A stretch of 64,000 nt of DNA from an uncultured Clostridia bacterium (lineage in GTDB: Bacteria; Bacillota; Clostridia; Oscillospirales; Acutalibacteraceae). Below the pieces are notes generated by a model. It saw nothing but the letters and a program-made list of their open reading frames with translations, was not told the origin of the DNA and did no database searches. Made by a program: the position numbers and the translations under genes. The DNA is taken from contig CANRMX010000003.1 in the NCBI GenBank assembly GCA_947631855.1, forward strand, positions 10,728 to 74,727, read 5' to 3'. Shown one piece after another: positions 1 through 9,924 of the stretch (the stretch's first letter is position 1; each line of letters starts with the position of its first letter).

Positions 1-1267
1 ATGGCTGCTGGTTATCCAGATACTCTCTGCATATCTTCCGCATAAAGTACATGTGGAACGCAGCGTAGACCATGTAGCAAACTAAGGTCGTATAGCCCGC
101 AGCATAGTAGCCGAAAATCCTGATAAAAATGAAATTGAGGATTATATTGAGCACCGCGCCGGCACTTGTAGCCGCTGCCACAAGTTTTGTTTTCTCGTAA
201 TAGAATTCAAAAACAGCGAAGAAAGTATAAGAAAACATAAAGTACACACTCATCGCAACCGGCGGTATTACCCAAATGGCGTCATAGTATTCTGACGGCG
301 CAAAGATTTTGACCGCCTCCGGTGCAAGCGCAATGAGCAATAAGTTCACAGCAGCAATTCCGATAAACGCCGGATATGCCACTTTGGATACATCCTTGAT
401 CTTCTTGTCGTTTATCCTCTTGTAAAGCCACGGTTCGATCGTCTGAAGCAGCGCCGTGTTAAACAGCGTCATAATTTGCGAGATAGAATAGGCAAGCCCA
501 TAGATTCCCGCCGATGATTCGTCCACCATCTTCCCGATCATGATCCTGTCTGCGCTATTTAAAACCGTCATGGAAAGATAGTGCGGAACGAGCGGAATAT
601 TAAATTTCAAAGCGTGCTTCCAGTATTTCGCCGAGAAGAACTGTTTCCCACGAACTGCCTGTATAATAAAGAGAACAAAACAGACAAGCGCTTCGATTAC
701 GGCAAGCCCGAATATCCTTGCAGTCACCTTGTCCGTTGCCGATTTGACCAGGAGAATCCCTAAAACTGGCTTCGCCAAGGCCATGGCCAGCGTAACGATC
801 ACAAGTGTGCGGTACTTAAAATCCACCCTTTGGCTCATCGACCAGAAGCCGAAAATGTTTGTGTACAAGATCATCACAAACATACAGAGCATCTGGAATG
901 TGGTCAGCGAGAAAACGCTGTTCCAAAAGGTGTGTGCAGCAAAATATATGACCGTCCAAAAAAGCGTCAGTGCCAGGGACAGTCCCTGCATGGTGGATGT
1001 AAAGGCCGCTCGGTCATCGCCGAATTTGACCAACCCTCTGGCATATACGCCGGCGCTTAAATGCAGCGCTACGATAACGGACAAAATGCCCAGCCATGAA
1101 TTGAAGATGTTAAACTGACCGTACTCTGTTGTGGACAGCAAGCGCGTAAAGATGGGCGTAGTTATGAACGAAATGCCGCGCTGCATGAACGCACAGATCA
1201 AGAACCAAAAGGAGGCTTTGACCTGAACTGGAATGGAGTTGTATCTGTGGATTAATTTTTTCTGCAT
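1..1267 (-). CDS. oligosaccharide flippase (Wzx family), runs off left edge
   Basis: Read manually: ATG at 1267 with GGAGG RBS, MQKKLIHRYNSIPVQVKASFWFLICAFMQRGISFITTPIFTRLLSTTEYGQF, a typical Wzx N-terminus; hydrophobic and open to the window edge. Confidence 0.85.
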   Translation of the reverse strand, partial: MQKKLIHRYNSIPVQVKASFWFLICAFMQRGISFITTPIFTRLLSTTEYGQFNIFNSWLGILSVIVALHLSAGVYARGLVKFGDDRAAFTSTMQGLSLALTLFWTVIYFAAHTFWNSVFSLTTFQMLCMFVMILYTNIFGFWSMSQRVDFKYRTLVIVTLAMALAKPVLGILLVKSATDKVTARIFGLAVIEALVCFVLFIIQAVRGKQFFSAKYWKHALKFNIPLVPHYLSMTVLNSADRIMIGKMVDESSAGIYGLAYSISQIMTLFNTALLQTIEPWLYKRINDKKIKDVSKVAYPAFIGIAAVNLLLIALAPEAVKIFAPSEYYDAIWVIPPVAMSVYFMFSYTFFAVFEFYYEKTKLVAAATSAGAVLNIILNFIFIRIFGYYAAGYTTLVCYMVYAAFHMYFMRKICREYLDNQQP

Positions 1268-1377
1268 TTGTTACCCTCCATTCAATGTTTCTGTTGCGGC
1301 ACAGCGCCTAATAAAAAAGCTGGTGATTCCGATATAAGAAACTGCAAAGCTCTGCATACACATTCTGACTTATAATT

Positions 1378-2407
1378 CTACTTTTCCTTGAACTTTTCCA
1401 AGCGATCCAATATGAATCCGTTCAATGGCTCGGAAATCAAACTGCAAATTGCTGAACCTGCTCCAGTCAAAATCACATACGCGCCAGTTGCTATCCAAAT
1501 ATTATGTATTTGATCATAGCAGGGCATCGCCAGCCCGATGTGTATGAGATATACATATACTGAATGCTTTCCTACAAACGACAAAACCTTTGATGAAAGG
1601 CCAAAGCAGAATAACAGAGACGCTATAGTTATCGCTAGAAACAGGAAATATACTATTTGCAAAGCCGTGCCGCCAATCTTCCTATACCCAATAAATGCCG
1701 CTGCAAACAGGCATCCGTTTATCAAAAAAAGGGGCAGGGCTTTCAACCCATTTGAGAACTTATCTTTATACTTACCGATCATGTATCCCAGCGGAAAGCA
1801 GAGTGAAGTCATATACCAATAGTCATCCATCTTTATGAAATAGGCGATAACTATATATACGACAACTAATCCGCACAAAATGTAATGGGATTTTTCGCGG
1901 TTAATACTGACCGCTAACGCAAGAAACGCGTACAGCAATATCTGTATCTTGAAGTACCATGTGGTGGTGCCAGGAATGGTGAAAGTAACAAAATTAACGA
2001 AATAGTCCCATGAAACCGGACTGCGGAAAAAGACAATCTGCACTGCAGTTACATATATAAAGCAGAATATAAATGGCACCAAAATCTGAATGATGCGCTT
2101 TATCAACCATTTAAACCTATCTGGCGCTTTCTGCGCCGAAAAATAATTTCCATACCCTGAAAGCATGAAGAAGACGGCTACGCCCATCCCACCCCATAAG
2201 AATACAACGTAATTAGCTGTACCCCCCCCCCGATGTAAATTGCGCAATATGGCTTGCGGCGATCATAACTATCGCAATCCCTCGCACAGAATCTGTGTTT
2301 TGTCGTGTAAACCCAAAGCTTTTATTTTTATAAGCATTTGTAATTCCGTAAATACCAAAGGTCAGGGCCACAATTATTACTACACAGAAAAAGATCGTTT
2401 CCGTCAT
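1378..2407 (-). CDS. acyltransferase-3 family O-acyltransferase, frameshifted at a G10 tract (phase-OFF)
   Basis: ORF 2213-2407 (DSVRGIAIVMIAASH) and ORF 1378-2247 (GVAVFFMLSGY, WYF) join in frame with G9 or G12 at 2222-2231, giving ~342 aa. Confidence 0.8.
2222..2231 (-). repeat. poly-G tract C-G10-TA
   Basis: Plus strand ta-C10-g. Confidence 0.9.
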
Positions 2408-2424
2408 AAAGGTCGTTCTCCTTA

Positions 2425-4173
2425 TTATTTATTCAAAATCTTTTTAATCGTCTGAACGCCCTTATCTCCAATAACATTTTTGACGATTTGTTTTGCCTTT
2501 CTTTCCGCACTTATTTCAAGATTTCTGATTGTATGCAGCGCTTCGCTTTCTTCCGCAGGATTCGTAAATACCTCAAAAATTATAGGCTTGTCCCCTATTT
2601 TGTCGCTACAAAAGACGTCAAGATGATTTAGATACTCGTCTTTTGATGATGCTGACATATATTCAAATCCTAAGTCTTCCGCATAATGCTTTACAAGCTC
2701 CTTGGATTGCTTTCCGTAATGTCCTCCTGCGGCAATATAGTAATCTGTATCCTCTCCGAACTTTGAAGCAAAATGTGTATAATTTCTGAATTCCGTTCCC
2801 CGTCCATTATTGATTAATAAGATCCTTACATTCGGAGATACATGCCTGTTACCAAGTACATTCAAATCGTAAAAAAATGCCAAATCCCCTATTACCTCAT
2901 AGTGGGGCTTATCCCTATTGGCAAGCGACGCACCGACTAAAGAAGAAGATATGCCGTCGATTCCAAAACCGCCGGTATTTGAAAACCCCTTAATGTCGCT
3001 GCGAAGCGGGAAGAAATTCCACGCACGCAGAGAGTTCAGAATCCCTAAATGTAGATAACAATTTGGAGGGAGTCTGTGAAGCGTTTTGCTGGCAACCCAG
3101 ATATTTGAAAAAGGCAGCTCGCCGAGCTTGGAAAACAGATTATCATACTCTGTTTTCCACTCCTGATAATACGTTTCTTTAGTTGCCGAGGCTGTTTTTG
3201 AATTATAGTATCTGAAGAAACCGACTTCCTGCATCTCAAAAACATACTTGAGTTTTCGGTAAGTATCCCGAATCTCACCGTCGGGATTGATGCGCCATAT
3301 TTCATTCGGATTGAAGGCCATATATGCGCCGGAAACCTGACCAATATGCAAAAGAATATCCATTTTTCTGCAAGGCGCTGAATACATATCCTGGGACGTG
3401 ACAAGGCTTGCTGAAATTCCAAACTTACCCGTGTAATTGCTCGTGTGGTCACACAGGACAACCGCATTATAAGTTTGGCAGAATACATCTATTTCCTGGA
3501 TCAACTCACTGCTCATAGGGGCGTGATTACCAACAAAGATGCCGATTTTAGACGCTTTTATTTCTGGCATCTCCTGGCCTTGCTCAATGCGGTAAATAGC
3601 CCTTGTCGGGGGCAGTTCCATTGCTGAAAAATCTATGGGGTAAAATGGATATGAAGTAGTCAAATCAATATGCACAGGCCCACCGCCGCGATGGCGCAAT
3701 TCAAGCAATGCGCGATTTAACGCCACGTTGATCGACCACTCATCTGTTTCGTCATGAATAATCGGGATTTGAACAGAAAGATTCACAATGTCATTTAGCG
3801 GCTGCGTGCGGTCAATAACCTGGGGAACATACTGCCCTATTTGTCCTTTATGCTGCGTGGACGTTACTGCTAAAACAGGCAGCTTTCTGTAATACGCTTC
3901 TGTTAGACCGGGAATATAATTTCTAGATGCCGTAGCGCCAGTGCAACTTAAGGCAACAGGTTCCCCGGTTTCTGCAGCCAAACCGCAAGCCATATACGCC
4001 GCAGATCTCTCATCCGGGGCTGAATATATCTCAAAAAAGGAATCGCTCATCAGGCTAGCAACGAAAGTAACGTTGCAGGACCCGGGGCTTGCTATAATGC
4101 GCTTAACATTGTGTGCCTTCATCAAATATATGAGCATCTGAATATTGCGCTCTACGGTATAGCCATGTTTCAT
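2425..4173 (-). CDS. MenD-like thiamine-diphosphate-dependent enzyme
   Basis: SPGS, DERSAAYMACGLA, GGFGIDG, GDLAFFYDLN...NN motifs; start could also be 4203. Confidence 0.8.
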   Translation of the reverse strand: MKHGYTVERNIQMLIYLMKAHNVKRIIASPGSCNVTFVASLMSDSFFEIYSAPDERSAAYMACGLAAETGEPVALSCTGATASRNYIPGLTEAYYRKLPVLAVTSTQHKGQIGQYVPQVIDRTQPLNDIVNLSVQIPIIHDETDEWSINVALNRALLELRHRGGGPVHIDLTTSYPFYPIDFSAMELPPTRAIYRIEQGQEMPEIKASKIGIFVGNHAPMSSELIQEIDVFCQTYNAVVLCDHTSNYTGKFGISASLVTSQDMYSAPCRKMDILLHIGQVSGAYMAFNPNEIWRINPDGEIRDTYRKLKYVFEMQEVGFFRYYNSKTASATKETYYQEWKTEYDNLFSKLGELPFSNIWVASKTLHRLPPNCYLHLGILNSLRAWNFFPLRSDIKGFSNTGGFGIDGISSSLVGASLANRDKPHYEVIGDLAFFYDLNVLGNRHVSPNVRILLINNGRGTEFRNYTHFASKFGEDTDYYIAAGGHYGKQSKELVKHYAEDLGFEYMSASSKDEYLNHLDVFCSDKIGDKPIIFEVFTNPAEESEALHTIRNLEISAERKAKQIVKNVIGDKGVQTIKKILNK

Positions 4174-4189
4174 ACACACTTCTCCATTC

Positions 4190-5362
4190 TTACTGTTCTT
4201 CATTGAGCCTTATATACTCCAGTATTTCTTTGTTTCTATTCAGTAACTGTTGATTTATATTTTCACGGTTATCAAGCAGCTCTATGGCCTTACTAATCAA
4301 ATCCGTATATATATCGCCAAGCTTAATGACCCATCTGTCATTCCCATACACATATTTGCACATGCCAATGCTTTTTTGACTATATGAAAGAAAAAGCGTG
4401 GGGACATTTTCACACACAGCGTTTATAGCACAGTGCATTCTTGCCGAGATAACAATTTTGCATTCCCGCAGCTGCTTCTTTATGCCTAAGAAACCGCCGG
4501 AATAATCCGCAAAAGAAACTTTTTCCTTATTTGCCATTTCATTGGATATCTCTTTTAAAAACAGGTAATCGTTATCATTCGGATTTTCGGATACAACATG
4601 AGGAACAAAGAGCAGACTGTCACCTGTTTCATCAATAAGCCTGTCCATCAATAACGCCATCGACTTAACTTCTTTTTCTCCGTAACTGCCATTCGTTTCA
4701 TTCAGGGATAATGGGGATAAATTCACTCCTATGTACTTTTTTTCGGCTTCTTCATTTTGCCCTAATCTTACAGCAAAGGCCGGATCGGGGAAAAATGTCA
4801 TATTATTAAGACCAAGCGATCTGAGGTAATCAACGGAATCGAGCTCGCGGCAAAGGATTTTCTCATATTTGCGCAGATTTTTCTCATAGTAATCAACAGC
4901 TTTTTTATACTTTCCAAACGGCCCTACAGAGGCGCCGTAAACGACGACTTTTTTGCCCCGGCTTATAGCCTCATCACAAAAATTGACGAGATGATTATAA
5001 TATGGGTATTTTTCTCTTTTGCGAAGATACGCAGGGATTGTATATATGTCTCCGCCTATGGAAAAAATGATGTCGATCTGATCAATTATCTTTTTGAACG
5101 GAATTGTAAAAAGTCTCTTTTCGCACTTCAGAATTCTTAAAGCCTTATTTATCCCCCGCACAATAAATGTACGCTGATTTTCCAAAGGGACAATTTTTAT
5201 GTCCAAATCGCCGAGAGCTTTTCTGTCGAATTCGTAGCTGTATGAGAAATATGTAATATCACATTCACCAAAGTGTTTTCTGATAAATTTGACTGCACCC
5301 CGTACAATCCCTTCGCAGCCGAAATTATATGTACCGTATATCCCGTAAAGTCCAACTCGCAT
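4190..5362 (-). CDS. polysaccharide pyruvyl transferase family protein
   Basis: YNFGCE, GGD, GASVGPF, RE..S, PDPAF, ARMH motifs. Confidence 0.8.
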   Translation of the reverse strand: MRVGLYGIYGTYNFGCEGIVRGAVKFIRKHFGECDITYFSYSYEFDRKALGDLDIKIVPLENQRTFIVRGINKALRILKCEKRLFTIPFKKIIDQIDIIFSIGGDIYTIPAYLRKREKYPYYNHLVNFCDEAISRGKKVVVYGASVGPFGKYKKAVDYYEKNLRKYEKILCRELDSVDYLRSLGLNNMTFFPDPAFAVRLGQNEEAEKKYIGVNLSPLSLNETNGSYGEKEVKSMALLMDRLIDETGDSLLFVPHVVSENPNDNDYLFLKEISNEMANKEKVSFADYSGGFLGIKKQLRECKIVISARMHCAINAVCENVPTLFLSYSQKSIGMCKYVYGNDRWVIKLGDIYTDLISKAIELLDNRENINQQLLNRNKEILEYIRLNEEQ

Positions 5363-5377
5363 AATAACCTCTTTGAT

Positions 5378-6472
5378 TTAATGTGATATCAAAATATCAA
5401 CTATCCTCTCGCACGCGTGCCCGTCCCCATACGGATTGCTCGCCTTGGCCATCGCATCATACGCCGCCTTATCTGTCAGCAAACGCTTAAATTCCGTATA
5501 AATCGTTTCCTCGTCCGTCCCGACGAGCTTGAGAGTTCCCGCTTTAATTCCTTCAGGCCGCTCGGTCGTGTCACGCATGACGAGGACCGGCTTGCCGAGG
5601 CTCGGCGCTTCTTCCTGGATGCCGCCGCTGTCGGTCAGGATCATATAGCTGCGCGCCATGAAGTTGTGAAAATCGAGGACATCAAGCGGCTCGATGATGT
5701 GGATGCGCTCATCTCCGCCGAGAATCGCGTCCGCCGTCTCGCGCACGACGGGGTTCATGTGTATCGGGTAAATCGCCTTCACATCCGGGTGCTCGTCCAT
5801 CACCCGGCGGATCGCACGAAACATATGCTTCATCGGCTCTCCTAAATTCTCGCGGCGATGCGCGGTAATGAGGATCAGCCGACTGCCCGCCGCCCAGTCG
5901 AGTTCGGGGTGATGATAGTCCTCGCGCACCGTTGTTTTCAGCGCGTCGATGGCGGTGTTGCCAGTCACAAAAATGCTGCTCTCCGGTTTGCCCTCGCGGA
6001 TAAGATTTTGCTTAGAAAGCTCGGTAGGCGCGAAATTATATTGACTTATTATGCTGACCGCTTGCCGGTTAAATTCCTCCGGGTACGGGCTGTAAATGTT
6101 GTATGTGCGAAGCCCTGCCTCAACGTGCCCGACCGGAATTTGGAGATAGAAGCACGCGAGCGCCGTCACGAACGTCGTGGACGTATCGCCGTGCACCAGC
6201 ACGACGTCGGGCTTGACTTCTTCCAACACAGCCTTGATGCGGTTCAGTATGTTCGTCGTCACGTCGAACAAGGTCTGCTTGTCCTTCATGATCGACAAGT
6301 CGTAGTCCGGCACGACGCCGAACGCTTCGAGCACCTGGTCAAGCATCTGACGGTGCTGTCCGGTCACGCAGACGACGGTATTTACTTCGCTGTGCCGCTT
6401 TAGCTCGTTCACAAGCGGACACATCTTTATCGCTTCGGGGCGCGTGCCGAAGACGAGCATAATAGTTTTCAA
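5378..6472 (-). CDS. wecB: UDP-N-acetylglucosamine 2-epimerase (non-hydrolysing)
   Basis: FGTRPEAIKM, TGQH, HVEAGLR, TDSGGIQEEAP. Confidence 0.95.
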   Translation of the reverse strand: MKTIMLVFGTRPEAIKMCPLVNELKRHSEVNTVVCVTGQHRQMLDQVLEAFGVVPDYDLSIMKDKQTLFDVTTNILNRIKAVLEEVKPDVVLVHGDTSTTFVTALACFYLQIPVGHVEAGLRTYNIYSPYPEEFNRQAVSIISQYNFAPTELSKQNLIREGKPESSIFVTGNTAIDALKTTVREDYHHPELDWAAGSRLILITAHRRENLGEPMKHMFRAIRRVMDEHPDVKAIYPIHMNPVVRETADAILGGDERIHIIEPLDVLDFHNFMARSYMILTDSGGIQEEAPSLGKPVLVMRDTTERPEGIKAGTLKLVGTDEETIYTEFKRLLTDKAAYDAMAKASNPYGDGHACERIVDILISH

Positions 6473-7599
6473 TTTTCGTCCTCCAATATTTCAGAAACGA
6501 TTTTTTCAAGGTCTACACTGTTATAAAAATCATAGCAGTTTTTGCTCATTTCATCGTGATCGGCGTCCACTGTTTCTATGGCCCGAAGAATGGACGCTTC
6601 GTCATGGATATCGCAGCAAACGCCCATGTTCCATTTCGCAAAGGGCAGTTTCAGACCCAAGACATCGGAACCGACCATCGGCACACCGAAACCGGAATAC
6701 TCGAAAATTTTATTCGGCGCGCAATACAGTGCGTTCAGCTCTGAGTTCGCCGTGCCCTTTACGGGCTGGTACGGAAGAAGCCCGATCCTTGCGTAAGAGA
6801 CAAGTGCCAGGTGATTCGGCGGCGTAAAGGAACCCAAATAAACCACAGAATATTCCTCGACGATGTGCTGCACCATTTCCGCATCTTTCGGCGACGGCAT
6901 CCGTCCAACCAGATACATCACATACTCGCCGGACCGGGCGATGGCCTTGGCAAATGTTTCAAAATGCCGGTCTGCATAGATTCCGCCCAGATACAGGATG
7001 ATCTTTCGCTTTTCCTGGTTCATCCGCGCGATCGCGGCATCCAGTTCCGGCGTCGGTGCTCCGAGATCAAGGCTGAAGGGCTTATTCGGGAGCACATGGG
7101 GCACCTTGGGAAGATCCCACCAGATCTGCTCAATATACGCACGGTTTTCCTCCACCGCCACGTTCTTCCAGACCTGCCGGGCATATGCCGCGAAATCGAT
7201 CTTGAAGAAACGCTTGAAATGGTACCCGCATTTCTGGAGTTCGAGAAACTCCATGACCGTCTTATACCGAAGAATGTTTTTTCCAAGCACTCGAACGCAG
7301 CTCGGACTTGTGATCCACAGGCAATCGCTGTCCTCCATGCACGCTTCCACGATCCGATTCGCAGCCCCGTGAAGCACAAAGCGATGACGAAGCTTTGAAA
7401 GAACGGTGTGCTGCGGATCGACCGGGAGTTCATGCCCTTCATACTGCGGGGAATTCCGAATATCCGCGGACACCCGGCCAACATTCTCCCCGATCAGCTT
7501 CACGGCATGGCCTTCATGCAGCAAGACCCGCACCAACGTTTGAATGGGGACGGGAATATATCCCGCCCATTCCTGGATCGAAACAACTGTAATTCTCAT
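6469..7599 (-). CDS. GT-B fold glycosyltransferase (GT4-like)
   Basis: 376 aa with C-terminal PNKIFEY..GVPMV motif; locus context. Confidence 0.75.
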   Translation of the reverse strand: MRITVVSIQEWAGYIPVPIQTLVRVLLHEGHAVKLIGENVGRVSADIRNSPQYEGHELPVDPQHTVLSKLRHRFVLHGAANRIVEACMEDSDCLWITSPSCVRVLGKNILRYKTVMEFLELQKCGYHFKRFFKIDFAAYARQVWKNVAVEENRAYIEQIWWDLPKVPHVLPNKPFSLDLGAPTPELDAAIARMNQEKRKIILYLGGIYADRHFETFAKAIARSGEYVMYLVGRMPSPKDAEMVQHIVEEYSVVYLGSFTPPNHLALVSYARIGLLPYQPVKGTANSELNALYCAPNKIFEYSGFGVPMVGSDVLGLKLPFAKWNMGVCCDIHDEASILRAIETVDADHDEMSKNCYDFYNSVDLEKIVSEILEDEN

Positions 7600-7639
7600 T
7601 TTTTCCCTCCTGTGAATCCAGTACGCATCTCATTCCCGA

Positions 7640-8791
7640 TCACGGTCGTTTGGGGGACCATCGATACACTGATCCTGTACCCCCCCCCCGAGATCTTCCG
7701 GGCAAAATGCTCTTTGCTACACTTCGCGCTATATTTTGGGCAGTCCGCAGCGGAGCGATCTGAAAAAGTATTTTTTCAAAGCTTTCCCCTTTCCCGAGGC
7801 GATCCATCAGAAAATCCCGTTTCTTCGGCTTCTCCGACGGCCTTTGCAGCTGCTGATTCGCGGCGACGGCTTTTTCTATATCCACATCTTTCCGCTCGAT
7901 CTCCGCCATTTCGAGCAGATTTTTGCCTTTTTCCGTCTGACAGAGGATCAGGGAGATCCCTTTTGCCTGCTCTTCCCTGCTCAGCTCACTTCCCCACGAA
8001 TCTCCTACAGTCACATCGGAAACACGATTGAATCCCGCATACGGGCAGTGGTAACAGTTTTCCGTATACAGGATTGCCTGAAGGAAGGCATACATATAGG
8101 CGTCCTGCCCGAACTTATCCAACGGCACAGCGCCGCTGCGCAGACCAAACTGACCCTTGTCACGAAAAAAGAGCTCTTTGACCTTCGCGAGATCCACACC
8201 CTTTTCGGCGAGAAAAGTCTCTAACACCTTCGGCGAAGGGGTTCCGTGACAGATAAGATCCACTGTATAAAGATTCTCATGATTTTTCGCATATGCCTTA
8301 GCCGCCGCAATCTGGCAAGGCAGCGCGATCATAAGGACCTGTTTATCGTCCCTTAGCTTTTTCAGGAGCGGTCCATAGATCCCTGCCGGGTCACTCTTTA
8401 CATATTTTGACCCTGCCGCGACTGATAGCTTATTGACATTATCAAAAAACTCAAAGCCAAAAGTTCCATCTTTAAATCGGCATGTCAAAACCTCTCCACC
8501 ATGCTCTATAAAGCTCTTAGATATTTCAGCTGCCAGCCCACCGGACGAACTGTTCGCCCTTATTTTCGGATTTAAGCTCCAGCCCTGGTACCATGCAATA
8601 GGCTCTGTCAGCTTCGCAATATTGTTCTGCGGACAAAGCTTGTGGCAGAGATTGCAATTTATACATCTTGCTTCATCAATAACGGCATTGTAGGCTTTTA
8701 TGTCGTCATCTATCGTTATAGCTCCAATCGGGCAAATGTCGGAACAAATCTTGCAACCAGCACAGTTATCTTTTTTACATACTGTAATCAT
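7640..8791 (-). CDS. 4Fe-4S / coenzyme F420 hydrogenase beta-subunit (FrhB)-like oxidoreductase
   Basis: Two N-terminal CxxCxxCxxxCP ferredoxin motifs, SSSGG, GSKYV, DLICHG, CYHC, SDVTVGD; C-terminus depends on the G10 tract. Confidence 0.85.
   Translation of the reverse strand: MITVCKKDNCAGCKICSDICPIGAITIDDDIKAYNAVIDEARCINCNLCHKLCPQNNIAKLTEPIAWYQGWSLNPKIRANSSSGGLAAEISKSFIEHGGEVLTCRFKDGTFGFEFFDNVNKLSVAAGSKYVKSDPAGIYGPLLKKLRDDKQVLMIALPCQIAAAKAYAKNHENLYTVDLICHGTPSPKVLETFLAEKGVDLAKVKELFFRDKGQFGLRSGAVPLDKFGQDAYMYAFLQAILYTENCYHCPYAGFNRVSDVTVGDSWGSELSREEQAKGISLILCQTEKGKNLLEMAEIERKDVDIEKAVAANQQLQRPSEKPKKRDFLMDRLGKGESFEKILFQIAPLRTAQNIARSVAKSILPGRSRGGGTGSVYRWSPKRP
7680..7689 (-). repeat. poly-G tract C-G10-TA
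   Basis: Plus strand ta-C10-g. Confidence 0.9.
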
Positions 8792-9879
8792 TTGTTCACC
8801 TTGTCTTTTTCAGCCTCATCAAGGCACATTTTTAGATATTCCTCGGTTCTTTTCCTTTCATTTAAGAGCATTGTATCGATTGGATAATACTCTATTCGGC
8901 TAGTGATTAATTTTTCAAAATTCTCGGCACATTTCAACTGACGACTTTCCAAATGCAAATCATGGAGAAGCGAAGTCAGTTTTTGTCGATTCCCTCTCTG
9001 CCCCTCTCGGATAACCGTGACGAACTGTTTGTGACAGCGTACAGAAAAGATTGTCCCATGGAAAGTATCTGTTACTACACACTCGGCATTTACAAAATAC
9101 TGTAAAAGTTGATATGGGTCTACATTGATATTTTTATCTACCCATGTTTGATAGTAGCCGACGGAGTATACTTTTAGCCCTTTCGTTCGCGCGTACCTCA
9201 TTATTTCATCTATATATTCTTTATCGTTAAATCGATAATCGTATGCGTACACCAGAATATACTTTTTCTTAACTTCCTGTCTCTTCGGAACTGGAAGGTC
9301 TCCCACAAGAACTGGGTCAAGATGCCGTTCAATCTTCGCGTTGGGTAGCAACAGCTTCATGATTTGCTCCGAATTTTCATCTCGTACAGAGATATGTTTT
9401 AAATTGGACGAGGCTTTAACCAGTTCTTCTCTCACACCATACCTTTCAACATCTTCATATGTAGACGTTCCAAATGAAGCAGCATAGGAATTCACATTTT
9501 TATTTTCAATCGCTCCGTGAAGTTGAGGCGAGAAGCCCCAGGATACAGGCTGTGCAAAATTGAACACCTCATCGCTGCCGATTATTATGCAATCATACGA
9601 GCAAGAATGGTTCGGGTGAGATGAGCAACCAAGTTCCTTGGCTTGAGCTTTTTTCAGTAACCTTGTAAATTTTATCCTAAATAGTTTTCTAGGTATTCGC
9701 TTAATTCTTTCTACGCTGATTTTATTTTCTCGTGGATATTGATATAATGTTCTCCCTGGAATAATATCAATAAACTCAACCAAATGCCCTTTCTTTTCAA
9801 AAAAAAGTTTCAATAAATACGCCTGCCAAAACGATCCACGATTGATAACACGCTGCATAGATAAAATACCAATTTTCAT
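8788..9879 (-). CDS. polysaccharide pyruvyl transferase family protein
   Basis: NRGSFWQAY, GSDEVFN, YAASFG, SVRD, DP, TDTFHGTIFS. Confidence 0.85.
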   Translation of the reverse strand: MKIGILSMQRVINRGSFWQAYLLKLFFEKKGHLVEFIDIIPGRTLYQYPRENKISVERIKRIPRKLFRIKFTRLLKKAQAKELGCSSHPNHSCSYDCIIIGSDEVFNFAQPVSWGFSPQLHGAIENKNVNSYAASFGTSTYEDVERYGVREELVKASSNLKHISVRDENSEQIMKLLLPNAKIERHLDPVLVGDLPVPKRQEVKKKYILVYAYDYRFNDKEYIDEIMRYARTKGLKVYSVGYYQTWVDKNINVDPYQLLQYFVNAECVVTDTFHGTIFSVRCHKQFVTVIREGQRGNRQKLTSLLHDLHLESRQLKCAENFEKLITSRIEYYPIDTMLLNERKRTEEYLKMCLDEAEKDKVNK

Positions 9880-9924
9880 ATTTTTCCTCCTCAACTGAAT
9901 CTGTCACACCATATAGAATAAACC

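Noticed and set aside
2425-4173. Menaquinone pathway (menD)
   Set aside because: No other men genes, and the gene is embedded in a glycan operon; symbol withheld
9799-9806. T8 run in a pyruvyl transferase gene as a phase-variation tract
   Set aside because: Short A/T run in AT-rich DNA with the ORF intact; expected by chance
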